A stretch of 27,762 nucleotides of DNA from an uncultured Verrucomicrobiales bacterium (lineage in GTDB: Bacteria; Verrucomicrobiota; Verrucomicrobiia; Verrucomicrobiales; DEV007), in assembly GCA_938091905.1 (NCBI GenBank), contig CALKOM010000030.1, forward strand, positions 1 through 27,762. The letters are read 5' to 3'. The notes beneath the pieces are model-generated. The model was not told where the DNA came from, ran no database searches, and was given only the letters and a program-made list of their open reading frames with translations. A program made the translations under genes and the position numbers. Of this stretch, positions 17,938 to 27,283 are shown piece by piece; positions within the stretch are counted from its first letter, which is position 1; every line of letters starts with the position of its first letter.

Positions 17938-19263
17938 CTAACCCACACTTCGCTCCTGGCGAAGCTCGCTCTGGCGCTTAAAGAAAGCGCGACGGCGCTC
18001 GTCTATGAAAGCGTCATCATAGATGCGATGGCCTAATTCACGAAAACCGGTCTCCAGCTCGGTCACGCTCATCTTCTCCGGCAGATAGTTCACGTCGAAC
18101 AACGTGCAGAGTTCCCAGGCGCCTTCTTGCAACAAGCGTTTGTCCCGCTTCAGCCGTTCATAGAGTGGCGTCCCAGGAAAGGGCGTCATGATCGTAATCT
18201 GCACTTCATAAAGACCCGTCTCTCTGACGAACTCGAAGACAGATTCAAATGACGTCTTGTCTGTATGATCCAATCCTAACACAAAACATCCATTCACGGT
18301 GATCCCCGCATCTTGGATCGTTGCGATGGCTTCTCGATACTTGTCGACCTGACGATGTTTCCAATTCGCCTTCTGCTCAAGCCCATCGAGCCCATGCGTG
18401 CTAGGGCTTTCCAATCCCACCAAGACCTGGGCACATCCAGCTTCCTTCATGAGACGGAGGAGTTCCGGATCCCGCGCGACAGAAATGTCCGTTTCCGTGA
18501 ACCAGCGTAAGCCTTCAGGAATCAGCGCAGACACAAGTTCACGGCCATGACGTTTGTCCGCAAAGGTGTTGTCATCTGCAAATTCGATGAACGGGTGCTT
18601 CCACTGCTCCTTGATTCGGTGAATCTCTTCGATCACTTTTGGAATCGGCTTCGTCTTAAAGCCCGGACTCAACCGAATCGACGCCGCACAGAAATCACAA
18701 TGATAGGGGCACCCACGTTGGGTCTGCACCGTGAGACGATTGTATTTTGAAATGTCTAACAGGTCGAAACGCGGCATGGGCGCTTCGGCCAGATCAAAGG
18801 ACTGACCCCGCGCATCATACCGAGGCTTGAGTTGATTCCGCTCTAGATCAGCAAGGACATCGCGCCAGACAGGCTCACCTTCACCGATCACAATCGCATC
18901 GGCATGCGGCGCGGCATCGTCAGGAACCATCGTGACGTGCAGCCCACCAAGAATTACGGTGACGCCGGCCTCACGGTACCCGTCCGCCAACCAATAGGCA
19001 TCTTTGATCATCGCCGTGAAGCTCGAAATGGCCACGACGTCGAAATTGCCCGGCAATCCATCTAGCGCGTCAATGTCAGGAACCTCAACGTAACTGATCT
19101 CGACCGATTCCGGAGTGAGTCCAGCCAACGTCAACAAGCCAAGGCTTGGCAGCGAAGCAATGACCTTACTCCGCTCAACAAACCCCGGTAGATTCAGGCC
19201 CATCTCCATCAACTCTTGGTTGTGGCAACGCACGCCACTGAGCGCAATCAGCCCGAGCTTCAT
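17938..19263 (-). CDS. Cobalamin-binding radical SAM protein (class B methyltransferase-like)
   Basis: B12-binding domain (PSLGLLTLA, VILGGLHVT, IGEGE), RGCPYHCDFC CxxxCxxC motif, FADDN, GLES, TPFPGT. ATG 19263 overlaps the upstream TGA (ATGA). Confidence 0.93.
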   Translation of the reverse strand: MKLGLIALSGVRCHNQELMEMGLNLPGFVERSKVIASLPSLGLLTLAGLTPESVEISYVEVPDIDALDGLPGNFDVVAISSFTAMIKDAYWLADGYREAGVTVILGGLHVTMVPDDAAPHADAIVIGEGEPVWRDVLADLERNQLKPRYDARGQSFDLAEAPMPRFDLLDISKYNRLTVQTQRGCPYHCDFCAASIRLSPGFKTKPIPKVIEEIHRIKEQWKHPFIEFADDNTFADKRHGRELVSALIPEGLRWFTETDISVARDPELLRLMKEAGCAQVLVGLESPSTHGLDGLEQKANWKHRQVDKYREAIATIQDAGITVNGCFVLGLDHTDKTSFESVFEFVRETGLYEVQITIMTPFPGTPLYERLKRDKRLLQEGAWELCTLFDVNYLPEKMSVTELETGFRELGHRIYDDAFIDERRRAFFKRQSELRQERSVG

Positions 19264-19655
19264 GACGCAGGCCAGCCAACAAACGTGAAGATGATCCCAA
19301 ACAGCACGCCGCCCACAGGGATAAAGAAGAAGTGTCGAAACGGCTTTCGCCACGCCGTTAGGAAACAACACGTGGGCATGGCAATGGCGCCCACAATAAA
19401 GCTCACACAAGCCCACCCCGCCCATGGTGCCTGGAGCTTAAGAATGTAGTGGGTCAATGCAAAGCCCATGTTCACAAACGCCAGCCCGAAGAAAGAGATA
19501 TGACCAAGCCGCGTCAGACGTCTTCGGAAACTATTGTAACCACCCATCCAATCCTCGCGATGAAAGAATAGCCCAATGATTGCTCCGGACACCACGCCGA
19601 GAAGCATGCCAATCCAAATGGCTTTGAGAATAGAAATCGTGATGATGTCAGGCAT
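19260..19655 (-). CDS. Small four-TM membrane protein translationally coupled to the radical SAM gene
   Basis: Four hydrophobic segments, loop motif WMGGYNSFRRRLTRLGHISFFGL, ATGA overlap with the downstream gene. Confidence 0.8.
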   Translation of the reverse strand: MPDIITISILKAIWIGMLLGVVSGAIIGLFFHREDWMGGYNSFRRRLTRLGHISFFGLAFVNMGFALTHYILKLQAPWAGWACVSFIVGAIAMPTCCFLTAWRKPFRHFFFIPVGGVLFGIIFTFVGWPAS

Positions 19656-19771
19656 AGATAGTTAAGTTAGCATTCCAATCAATGAGGCTCGGGTATCCCG
19701 CCAGCATCGGGGCCTGGAAAGGTCCCTACCCTATGAAGCGCATTGTTTAAGAGAAACGTGTTCGTTTGCAG

Positions 19772-21022
19772 TTAAGGTTGAGCAAGCACATGGCACACAT
19801 TTGCCCCGCCAAAGCCGCTGCTGTTATTGATGGCAAGTTTCACATCAGCATCCATCGATTCCGTAGGAAGACACAAGCCCTCACAAGCCTCATCCGGGTT
19901 TTTTAGATTACGATTCCCGGGCAAGAAGCCGCCCCTCAAGGACAACACGGTAAGCGCCGCTTCAAGCACTCCTGATAGGCTGAGGCCATGCCCCGTCAGT
20001 CCTTTCGTACTCACCACCGCTGGGCTCGCGGCCCCAAAGACAGATCGCAAGGCAAGGGCTTCCGCGCGATCACCGGCTGGCGTGGAGGTCGCATGCGCAT
20101 TCACGTAGTCAATGGCGGCTTCGTCCACCTTAGCAAATTGAAGCGCCCGTTTCATTGCCGTGACAATCCCGGTCCCTTCGGGGTGAGGGCTCGCCACATG
20201 ATAGCCGTCTGCTGCCTGGCCCCAACCTACCAGGCGCGCAAGTGGTGCCCGTTTCGCCAACGACGCACGCTCTAACACCAGAGCCACGGCACCACCACTC
20301 ACAACAAAGCCATCACGCGCTTGATCAAACGGACGGCACGCCATGTCTGGATCCGCATGCGTGCTCAACGCACGCATGGCATCAAAGGGCAGGATACTCT
20401 CCGCCGCGCACTCTTCGGCACCGACAACGATCATCCGATCTTGTCGGCCCAAGGCAATTTCATCATAGGCCGAGCCCAACGCATGACTGCTAGAAGCACA
20501 GGCCGAGACAAAGCCGCAGCTGGCTCCCCGGATACCGTATCGAGCAGCCAGATTGAAATTCAGCGTGCCTGCAACCGAGCGCACGACCCCAAGTGGATGC
20601 CCCCGCTGCGATCCGTCCTTATCATACACACTCAAATGGTGTCGTAGGAGCATCGGCGACCCTGACGAAGCCCCAAAGAGCCCTGTAGACCCGTCCCCGA
20701 GTTGATCCGAAGTCAGCCCGGCTTGGGCAATCGCTTGCTCCACGGCGTCCACCGCATACACCCCATGCGGAGGCAAACTCGGTTCGCGGCACAAATCAAC
20801 ATGCGACTCCGGCGGCAAGACCCAATCCCTGACATCGGGAGAAGGAAATGCATACCCCGGTACCGTGCCCACCACCTTGATTGGCAAGTCCACCCCCTGG
20901 CGCAATTCGACCCTGGAGAAGCCATGCCGCCCTCTGCGGAGATGATCGACCACAGCTTCGGTATCGCAGCCGATGCTGGAAACAAAGCCCATCCCCGTGA
21001 TGACAACGCTAGATTGATTCAT
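19772..21022 (-). CDS. Beta-ketoacyl-ACP synthase (FabB/FabF-like)
   Basis: Intact Cys-His-His triad: SACASS, NAHATST, KGLTGH. Also RPFDQARDGFV and SGFGGAN. ATGA overlap with the ACP gene. Confidence 0.95.
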   Translation of the reverse strand: MNQSSVVITGMGFVSSIGCDTEAVVDHLRRGRHGFSRVELRQGVDLPIKVVGTVPGYAFPSPDVRDWVLPPESHVDLCREPSLPPHGVYAVDAVEQAIAQAGLTSDQLGDGSTGLFGASSGSPMLLRHHLSVYDKDGSQRGHPLGVVRSVAGTLNFNLAARYGIRGASCGFVSACASSSHALGSAYDEIALGRQDRMIVVGAEECAAESILPFDAMRALSTHADPDMACRPFDQARDGFVVSGGAVALVLERASLAKRAPLARLVGWGQAADGYHVASPHPEGTGIVTAMKRALQFAKVDEAAIDYVNAHATSTPAGDRAEALALRSVFGAASPAVVSTKGLTGHGLSLSGVLEAALTVLSLRGGFLPGNRNLKNPDEACEGLCLPTESMDADVKLAINNSSGFGGANVCHVLAQP

Positions 21023-21402
21023 ACTTCAGGGAACAGCTTCTGAGCCACAAACTCTAGCAATTCGCCCAGGGTCTTGATCTCTGCGAGTTCGACATTCTCA
21101 ATCCGCACTCGAAACAGTTCTTCCATCTTGAATGCGGCCTCGGCAAATGTCAGCGAATCGACCCCCAAGTCTTCTCTCAGCCGGGCACTGGGTGGCTGCG
21201 TGGTCAGATCTGTAGAGACACCGCTCGGCAAGTAGAATGCCAGGATCTCTGGAACCGCGTTCTTCAGCGCTTCAGCCGAGGATTCTTGCTTCAAACCAAT
21301 GACCGCAGCCACAGCTCTTTCAGGAAAACCACGCAACTCATGCCGAACCTCGGACTCTGTAAAGTGCTGAAGCAATGCATTCGCCATTCGTTTAATCGTC
21401 AC
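21019..21402 (-). CDS. Acyl carrier protein with N-terminal extension
   Basis: LREDLGVDSL phosphopantetheine site and EELFRVRI...IKTLGEL. About 45 extra N-terminal residues. Start is GTG 21402 or ATG 21387. Confidence 0.85.
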   Translation of the reverse strand: MTIKRMANALLQHFTESEVRHELRGFPERAVAAVIGLKQESSAEALKNAVPEILAFYLPSGVSTDLTTQPPSARLREDLGVDSLTFAEAAFKMEELFRVRIENVELAEIKTLGELLEFVAQKLFPEV

Positions 21403-21460
21403 TCAGCAACGATCACCCTGACAATCGATATTTTTTAACGAGATATCGACGCCATCGATG

Positions 21461-22585
21461 CTATCCAACAACCGTTTCCCAAGTCGGATCGGCACCGGTT
21501 GCGGTGCTAGAGCCGATGAACTGGCGAAAGGCGTCGGAGGGTTCAAACGGTGCAATGGTGGAATTGCGTAGTTCTCGCCGGAAACCGCGCGCTCGTTCTA
21601 GTCTCGCAAGCGCTTGAGCAACACGCGCTTCGGACAATGTATTGTCCTTGAGCGCCGCGTCGACCGCATCGATGGAGGCGTGCATGACTTCATGGGTGTG
21701 GCAAACAAGTGCCATGTCCAAACCGGCGCCAATACCTCGGACGCATGCACCAACCGTTCCACCCCAAAAGGCTCCATCGGCAATAGCCTTCATCTCCATG
21801 CAGTCAGAAATGCAGAGGCCCTCAAATTCCATGGCTTTTCGCAACCTGTCAGTCAAGACCTCCGGACAAAGCGTCCCGGGCATTTCATTGTGAATCGCAT
21901 CAAACACGACATGAGCCGTCATGATCGCCAAGGCACCTTGTTTAGCATCCTCACCGACAACGTGAGCAAACGGATAGAGTTCAATCTCCTCCATGCGATC
22001 CATGGCATGCGGCAGGCGCGGCAGTTCGAAATGGCTGTCTTGCTGGGTATCTCCATGACCTGGGAAATGCTTCCCACAAGCAACGATCCCCTGACTCTGG
22101 AGACCGGCAATGAGCTGCTGCCCGACTTTTGCCACCAACTTTGGATCATTTGATATCGAACGATCACCAATGACCGGATTGTCAGGATTCGTATCCACAT
22201 CAAGCACGGGCGCAAAGTCCATGTCGAACCCAACACCGCGCAGGTCCTGTCCCAAGCACTGCCCCACTTCATAAGCGATTGAAAGTTTGTCAGGATCCTG
22301 CGCAATGACTTCCCCTAATGTTCGCATTGTCGGAATCCGCTGAAAGCCTTTCTCCAACCGAGCCACATTTCCTCCCTCCTGATCGACGGACGCCAGAACC
22401 TCATCTCCAGCGTAGCCACGCGCCTCTTCAATCAACATCGCCACCTGCTCCGGCGTATCGACATTCCGAGAGAACAGCACGATTCCGCCGACCCCAAGGC
22501 TCAGGACACGTTTGTCTTCATCCGACAACACGAGGCCACTGAGACCAACACAAAAGAGAGAGGCGACGCTGGGCGGAGAGTCCAT
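21461..22585 (-). CDS. nagZ: Beta-N-acetylhexosaminidase, GH3
   Basis: GGIVLFSRN, DQEGG.V.R, FAPVLDV, KHFPGHGDTQQDSH (His/Asp dyad), SDCMEMKAI. Confidence 0.93.
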   Translation of the reverse strand: MDSPPSVASLFCVGLSGLVLSDEDKRVLSLGVGGIVLFSRNVDTPEQVAMLIEEARGYAGDEVLASVDQEGGNVARLEKGFQRIPTMRTLGEVIAQDPDKLSIAYEVGQCLGQDLRGVGFDMDFAPVLDVDTNPDNPVIGDRSISNDPKLVAKVGQQLIAGLQSQGIVACGKHFPGHGDTQQDSHFELPRLPHAMDRMEEIELYPFAHVVGEDAKQGALAIMTAHVVFDAIHNEMPGTLCPEVLTDRLRKAMEFEGLCISDCMEMKAIADGAFWGGTVGACVRGIGAGLDMALVCHTHEVMHASIDAVDAALKDNTLSEARVAQALARLERARGFRRELRNSTIAPFEPSDAFRQFIGSSTATGADPTWETVVG

Positions 22586-22771
22586 AGACTTTCAGAGGTA
22601 GCGGTCTTTCTCCTCTCCAGCAACGGCTATCACCAAAGGCACCGCTAGCGGGTACGAATGCCACGTTCGCCAATAGTCCCCACGTCATCTCTGACACACC
22701 CGATGCAGATTTGGGCGTCTTCGACTGGATAGAAATCGGAAACGAGCCCCCGTCGAGCCAGAGTAGCATCC

Positions 22772-25409
22772 TCAATCGACACGGACATCATCGAGGTACC
22801 AACCTACGCCATTGTTGGGAAAACCATCATCGTCGCCCAGAAAGTTGAACTGGATACGAAAGTGGCGCATTGGCTCGAGTGTGGGCAGGCCAAGGCTGGC
22901 TTTGGTCCACGCCTGGGCATTTCCCTCGGGGCCTCCTATGAAGATGGGCTCTAGATTTTGAATCAGCGTCCCATCTTCCTCCAAGAGGCTAACCTGGCCA
23001 CCCTCGCGCTCGTTGGCTTCCAGGTAGTACTAGAACTCTAACTGAAGCGTTCCCGTCACTCCGCTAGGATCAATGATCGGAGTTTGCAGCGCCGCTCGCG
23101 TACCGTCTTCAAAGCTCGTTCCCAGGCCAGTCACGGCCACTGCCTGGCCGTTATGCGCGGCTTCGGGGCCCATGGTGGGGACTCCGACTTCCCACGCCGT
23201 GCCATTGCCGCTGACCGTCCAGTCTTCCAGGCCATTATCAAAGCTCGTCTCCAAGAGGGCCGGAGGAGCCACCTGCACAACACGGAAATAGGCCATCGAT
23301 TCATCATCGGCAGTCGGCACACTCGCGCTGGTGAGCGTGCTAGGCTCCGCTTCACCGGCGATTCCGGAAATCCCTCGCATCCACAAGCCGGGGGAAAGAT
23401 CGGGCGATGTCTCAATCGCATAGAAACGCCCGGGCGCGGAATCCCAAGAGAGCGCAACCGTGCCGTCGATGCTCCTAACAATCTCCCGAATCTCAAAGTT
23501 CGTGCTCCCTGGCTCGAGAAAGGCCAGAGCGTGATTTAAGATGGCGTCGTCCGGCAAGGCTTCATTGTAGGCCACGACACGATGAATCGTCCCGATCATG
23601 CCTTCCGAATTCGATGCATTGTTGCCAAGAGACCCCAAGCCCATGGGAAGCGTGAACTCTCCGGCATCGGTATTGGTGCCCGCCAACACACCATTGATGA
23701 AGAGCGCCATGACCGCCTCATCCGCATCCCAACGAAAGACCACATGCGTCGCGGCTTGCGGTGACATCACCGCCTCCGGATCGTTCTCTGGCTCAAATAA
23801 GTAATCCGCAACGCCTAGACGAGTAAACCCAAGCTCCGCAGTATCCTGCCATTGCTCAAAGCGTAAGTTATCCCCCGCATTCTCGCCCACCGCGAGATAA
23901 CCGCTCATCCCGCCCTCCATCGAGTCCCCTTCTACAATGAACTCAAGCGTCGCGCTGTCTGACAATGCCCCGAAATCGAACTCGCGCGAGTCGGTGCCGT
24001 CAAACGTGGTCGCCTCGCGCATGACCGCCTCTTACGGATACTGTGCCTGATCACCATCGATAAAGGAATCTAAGGACACGAACACCGCGTCCGAGATCGG
24101 GACCCGCGCGCTCAACGGCACGCTCACCTCACCCTGTACCGGATCATTGCTGGCCAATACCAACATCGTATCAAACGCACCCACGGCACCACCCGGATCA
24201 AATGTCACCGTTAGGATCTCCGATCTATCCGGAGCAATGGTAGTTGGTTCACTCACCGTGAAGGCACTGGCACCAACACCGCTGACCGTCGCACTAGCAA
24301 GAACCAAGGGCTGGGTGCCACCCGCGTTGCCTACCATGAGGGTCAGCGACGCCAACTCAGTTACCAAACCGAAGTCTAAGGCTTCCGCATTCAGAGTGAT
24401 CTGTGGGTCATGGATTAGACCACTGACCGCCGTCGTGAAGGGACTCTCCGCATCATTACTCTCAAACACAAAGGAAGCCGCCACCTCGCCCGTGACTCCG
24501 TTAGGAGAAATCGTGAAAGCCACGTCCACGCTCTCGCAAGGACTTTCAGCAAAGGGAGTCGCTGTGGTGATCTCGAATGAATCGGCATTAGCACCGCTCA
24601 CGTCCACACGGGTCACGGTCAGGTCAGGTCAGGTCATTGGTAGTCCCAATGTTCCTCACGGGAGTCACGAACGACTGCGCCGTGCCGTCAAAGGTCAGGC
24701 TGATTGTTCCCGAGGTGACGAGACCAGGATCGCTTCCATTCGCTTCCGCCAACCATGCCTGGGCGTGAGCTTCGATCGCGTCTATCGACAAGGCCTCATC
24801 GTAGACCGTCACTCGATACAAGGTGCCGGCCATGCCCTCCGAACCCGCCGAGTTGTTTCCATGGAAACCTTCTCCCATCGGCATTTCAAAGGCCGCACCA
24901 TCATTGAAGCCTGCAAGGGTGCCATCCACATAGAGTTTCATCCTCAGGGCGTCGTCTTTCCAGACAAACGCAAGATGCTTCGCTTCGTCCGGAGACCCTA
25001 TCAAGCTATCATCGCCTTCTGCGGAGAACACATTGTCAGCTATACCCAAACAAGTGAAGTCCAGTTCGCTGGTGTCTCGCCATTGCTCGTAACGCAAGTT
25101 GTTCCCCGCGTTCTCACCCACGGCTAGATAAGCGCTATCGCCACTAGCTTCAGGATCGCCCTCAAGAATGAACTCAAACGTGGCATCGCCTGAGATGGCG
25201 CCGAAATCGAAGCCCTGACTATCTGAACCATCGACCGTGATTTTTTCTAACATTACAGCTTCATACGACCACGCTCACGCCCCTTCACCATAATTTGCCG
25301 CAATGACCGCATCATAAGTCGAAAGCGATGCCCACGCAGACGCAGGTAAGAAGACTATTATTAAAGATAAGACAAAGGAATGACGGGAAACATGGCGAGG
25401 AGTCTTCAT
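22772..25409 (-). pseudogene. Disrupted exported protein: signal peptide, LamG-like domain, two Ig-like (ASH/choice-of-anchor D-like) domains, second LamG-like domain, sorting-like domain, C-terminal beta-sandwich
   Basis: ATG 25409 gives MKTPRHVSRHSFVLSLIIVFLPASAWA. In-frame stops at TGA 25275-77, TAA 24032-34 and TAG 23030-32, plus a frameshift at (TGACC)4 24617-36. Repairing these gives one ORF of about 875 aa. Confidence 0.88.
24617..24636. repeat. Pentanucleotide tandem repeat (GGTCA)x4
   Basis: ggtcaggtcaggtcaggtca read directly, exactly at the frame switch between two fragments. Confidence 0.95.
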
Positions 25410-25507
25410 GGAAATCAAGCTATCCTACTCTGCGAATTCCATGGTTTCCACCACAACGGCTTCGCAATCGCCAGAACAACACCTACTCAGCTCGGATAAT
25501 GCGCACA

Positions 25508-27141
25508 TCACCGCCCAAGCGACCAGTGAATGCCCATGTAACGCTCGTCAGCCAACCCAGCTTCACCTGTGATGCGAGCGGCGAAGGTTTGGACATCGTC
25601 GACCGGATCGCGGTCGTTTAGGGACACGCCGTCAGCCGTACTGACACGCATGTCAGCTGAATGCTCAACCGTCGTTTGACCATGGTTGAGTTCAGCGCCT
25701 TGAATCCAAGTGACTTCGGGTCCAAAGCTGGTTCTTGTTTGCATGATAGGCAAGCCGTCCGTTTTGTGTTCAGATCTGTGTGTCTTACATATTCCTCAAT
25801 ATTACACAGTCCGTCCCCATCAGGATCAGCGGTGACCGCTCTCACATTGACTGCTGCCATACCACCAAATTGCTCGGTAGCCCAACCATCGTAGCCTCCA
25901 GCCCCGAACTCATGACAAGACCGTTCCTCCCCACGCCTACCACAATGCCATTTCCGTCACCCATTGCCAGGAAATGGCTTGCGACAGGCACACTCAATCG
26001 ATCCCAATCGCCAAGATCATTCTCCGGCTCATTGTAGACCACCTGGCCACTCGTTAGGGTGTATAAGCCAAGATCCTCATCCACACCTGTGGCAGTGGCA
26101 AAGAATCGCAAATTATTACCCTCGATGAATGTCCAATTGATGCCATCCGAGCTCACCGCTAGAACACCCAAGCTTTGGAAGAGATAGAACTGATCCTTTG
26201 CCACTTCAATACGGTAGAACGCCTTCTTGTCTGTAGTCTCCAGTCCAGACGTACGCTCGGTCCAGGGCACGAGATCAGGGCTTGTCAACAAGGTGTCCTC
26301 GGAGCCCACAGCGACGTAGACGCCATTGTGGTAGTTGATGTCTGAAAGGGAGGCCTCTGTACCCGTTTCGCGGTTGGTCCAGGTGATGCCGTCCACGCTA
26401 CCTACGATTCTGCCGCCGCGCCCGGTGATGATGAATCTACCATTGGTGTAGCGCATGCCATCGACGACCAGGTCGATTTCGAGTGGATGGGTTTGCCACG
26501 TCCGCCCGTCCTCACTGCGGACGCATTCACGATCGCCATTGATGATACAGAATTGCCCGTCGCCTTTCGTGATTTCGGTGCGAAACCCTGATGCACTTTG
26601 GTAGTGCTGTGTCCACACCGCGCCATTGGGTCTGCTGAAGAGACGACCGGCACTCACATCGCTCATGACGAATTGGTTCTGTGTAAAGACAATACTATCA
26701 AAGCTCTATCCAAGGAGTTCTCATCGTTCTGTCCAGGTCACACCGTCGTCATTCGTGGCCAAATAGGCGCCGCTTCCTGCGCCCACCAAGCGGTCTCCCA
26801 CGTTGGCGATCACGCTTGCCGAACCAGGCCCGAGAAACGAACACGCTCGTATGTTAGGAAATCAGCCGTCCTCTGTGTAGTGCCAAGAGTGTCTTTGATA
26901 ATGTAATGGCCATTACAATAGAGCGACTTGGACATGTTCGGTGCACTCTTATGTATCCGCATTGTCCACGTAACCCCATCTCGATTCGTGTAGGACAAGC
27001 TGTTTCATGTCCAGCGACGGCTTCCAACGAGGCCGCCGTAAGCATCGGACTGCAGGTTTGGAGGCTGGCAAACTGCTCCGGAGTGATCATAGTAGTCCAG
27101 ACGACCAGGCACGCGAGAGACAGCTGGGAGATCGTCTTCAC
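25508..27141 (-). pseudogene. Heavily disrupted exported BNR/Asp-box-like (SxDGxTW) beta-propeller protein with DPDGDG and C-terminal sorting-like domain
   Basis: Fragments in several frames: signal-like MKTISQLSLACLVVW; RDGVTWT; NDDGVTWTER*ELLG*SF (stops 26721-23, 26706-08); SEDGRTW, SVDGITW, SPDLVPW, SSDGINW; ADPDGDGLCNIEEY; VEHSADM...RYMGIHW. Confidence 0.8.
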
Positions 27142-27283
27142 ACCTGAGCACAGGCGCGTTTGAAGAGAATCTTAAATGGAGCGGGAAACTATTCTTTCAA
27201 ATGGAGTGAATTTGGTGATTTATCGCAGCGATCCCAATAAAAGCGAGTTGTCCCGGGGCCGAGCCTACTGGCAGACTGGCCTC

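Noticed and set aside
19673..19719. GC-rich possible stem-loop upstream of the membrane protein / B12-radical SAM pair, considered as a cobalamin, SAM or SAH riboswitch
   Set aside because: Stems are short and imperfect, and I see no B12-box or SAM/SAH consensus on the coding strand. An Rfam/Infernal search would settle it.
21425..21449. TCGATAT...ATATCGA inverted repeat between nagZ and the ACP gene
   Set aside because: Weak AT-rich stem with no following U-tract on the coding strand; cannot be called a terminator or operator.
22518..22775. 85-aa minus-strand ORF between the pseudogene and nagZ
   Set aside because: Overlaps the nagZ start and has no recognisable motif.
22772..26723. Stop-codon recoding (selenocysteine, pyrrolysine or alternative code) as an explanation of the in-frame stops
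   Set aside because: All three stop types occur along with frameshifts, and intact genes in the window end in TAA, TAG and TGA normally.
27159..27206. Imperfect inverted repeat TTTGAAGAGAAT...ATTCTTTCAAA and direct repeat AAATGGAG in the divergent promoter region
   Set aside because: Gapped, AT-rich and with no adjacent regulator; not distinguishable from chance.
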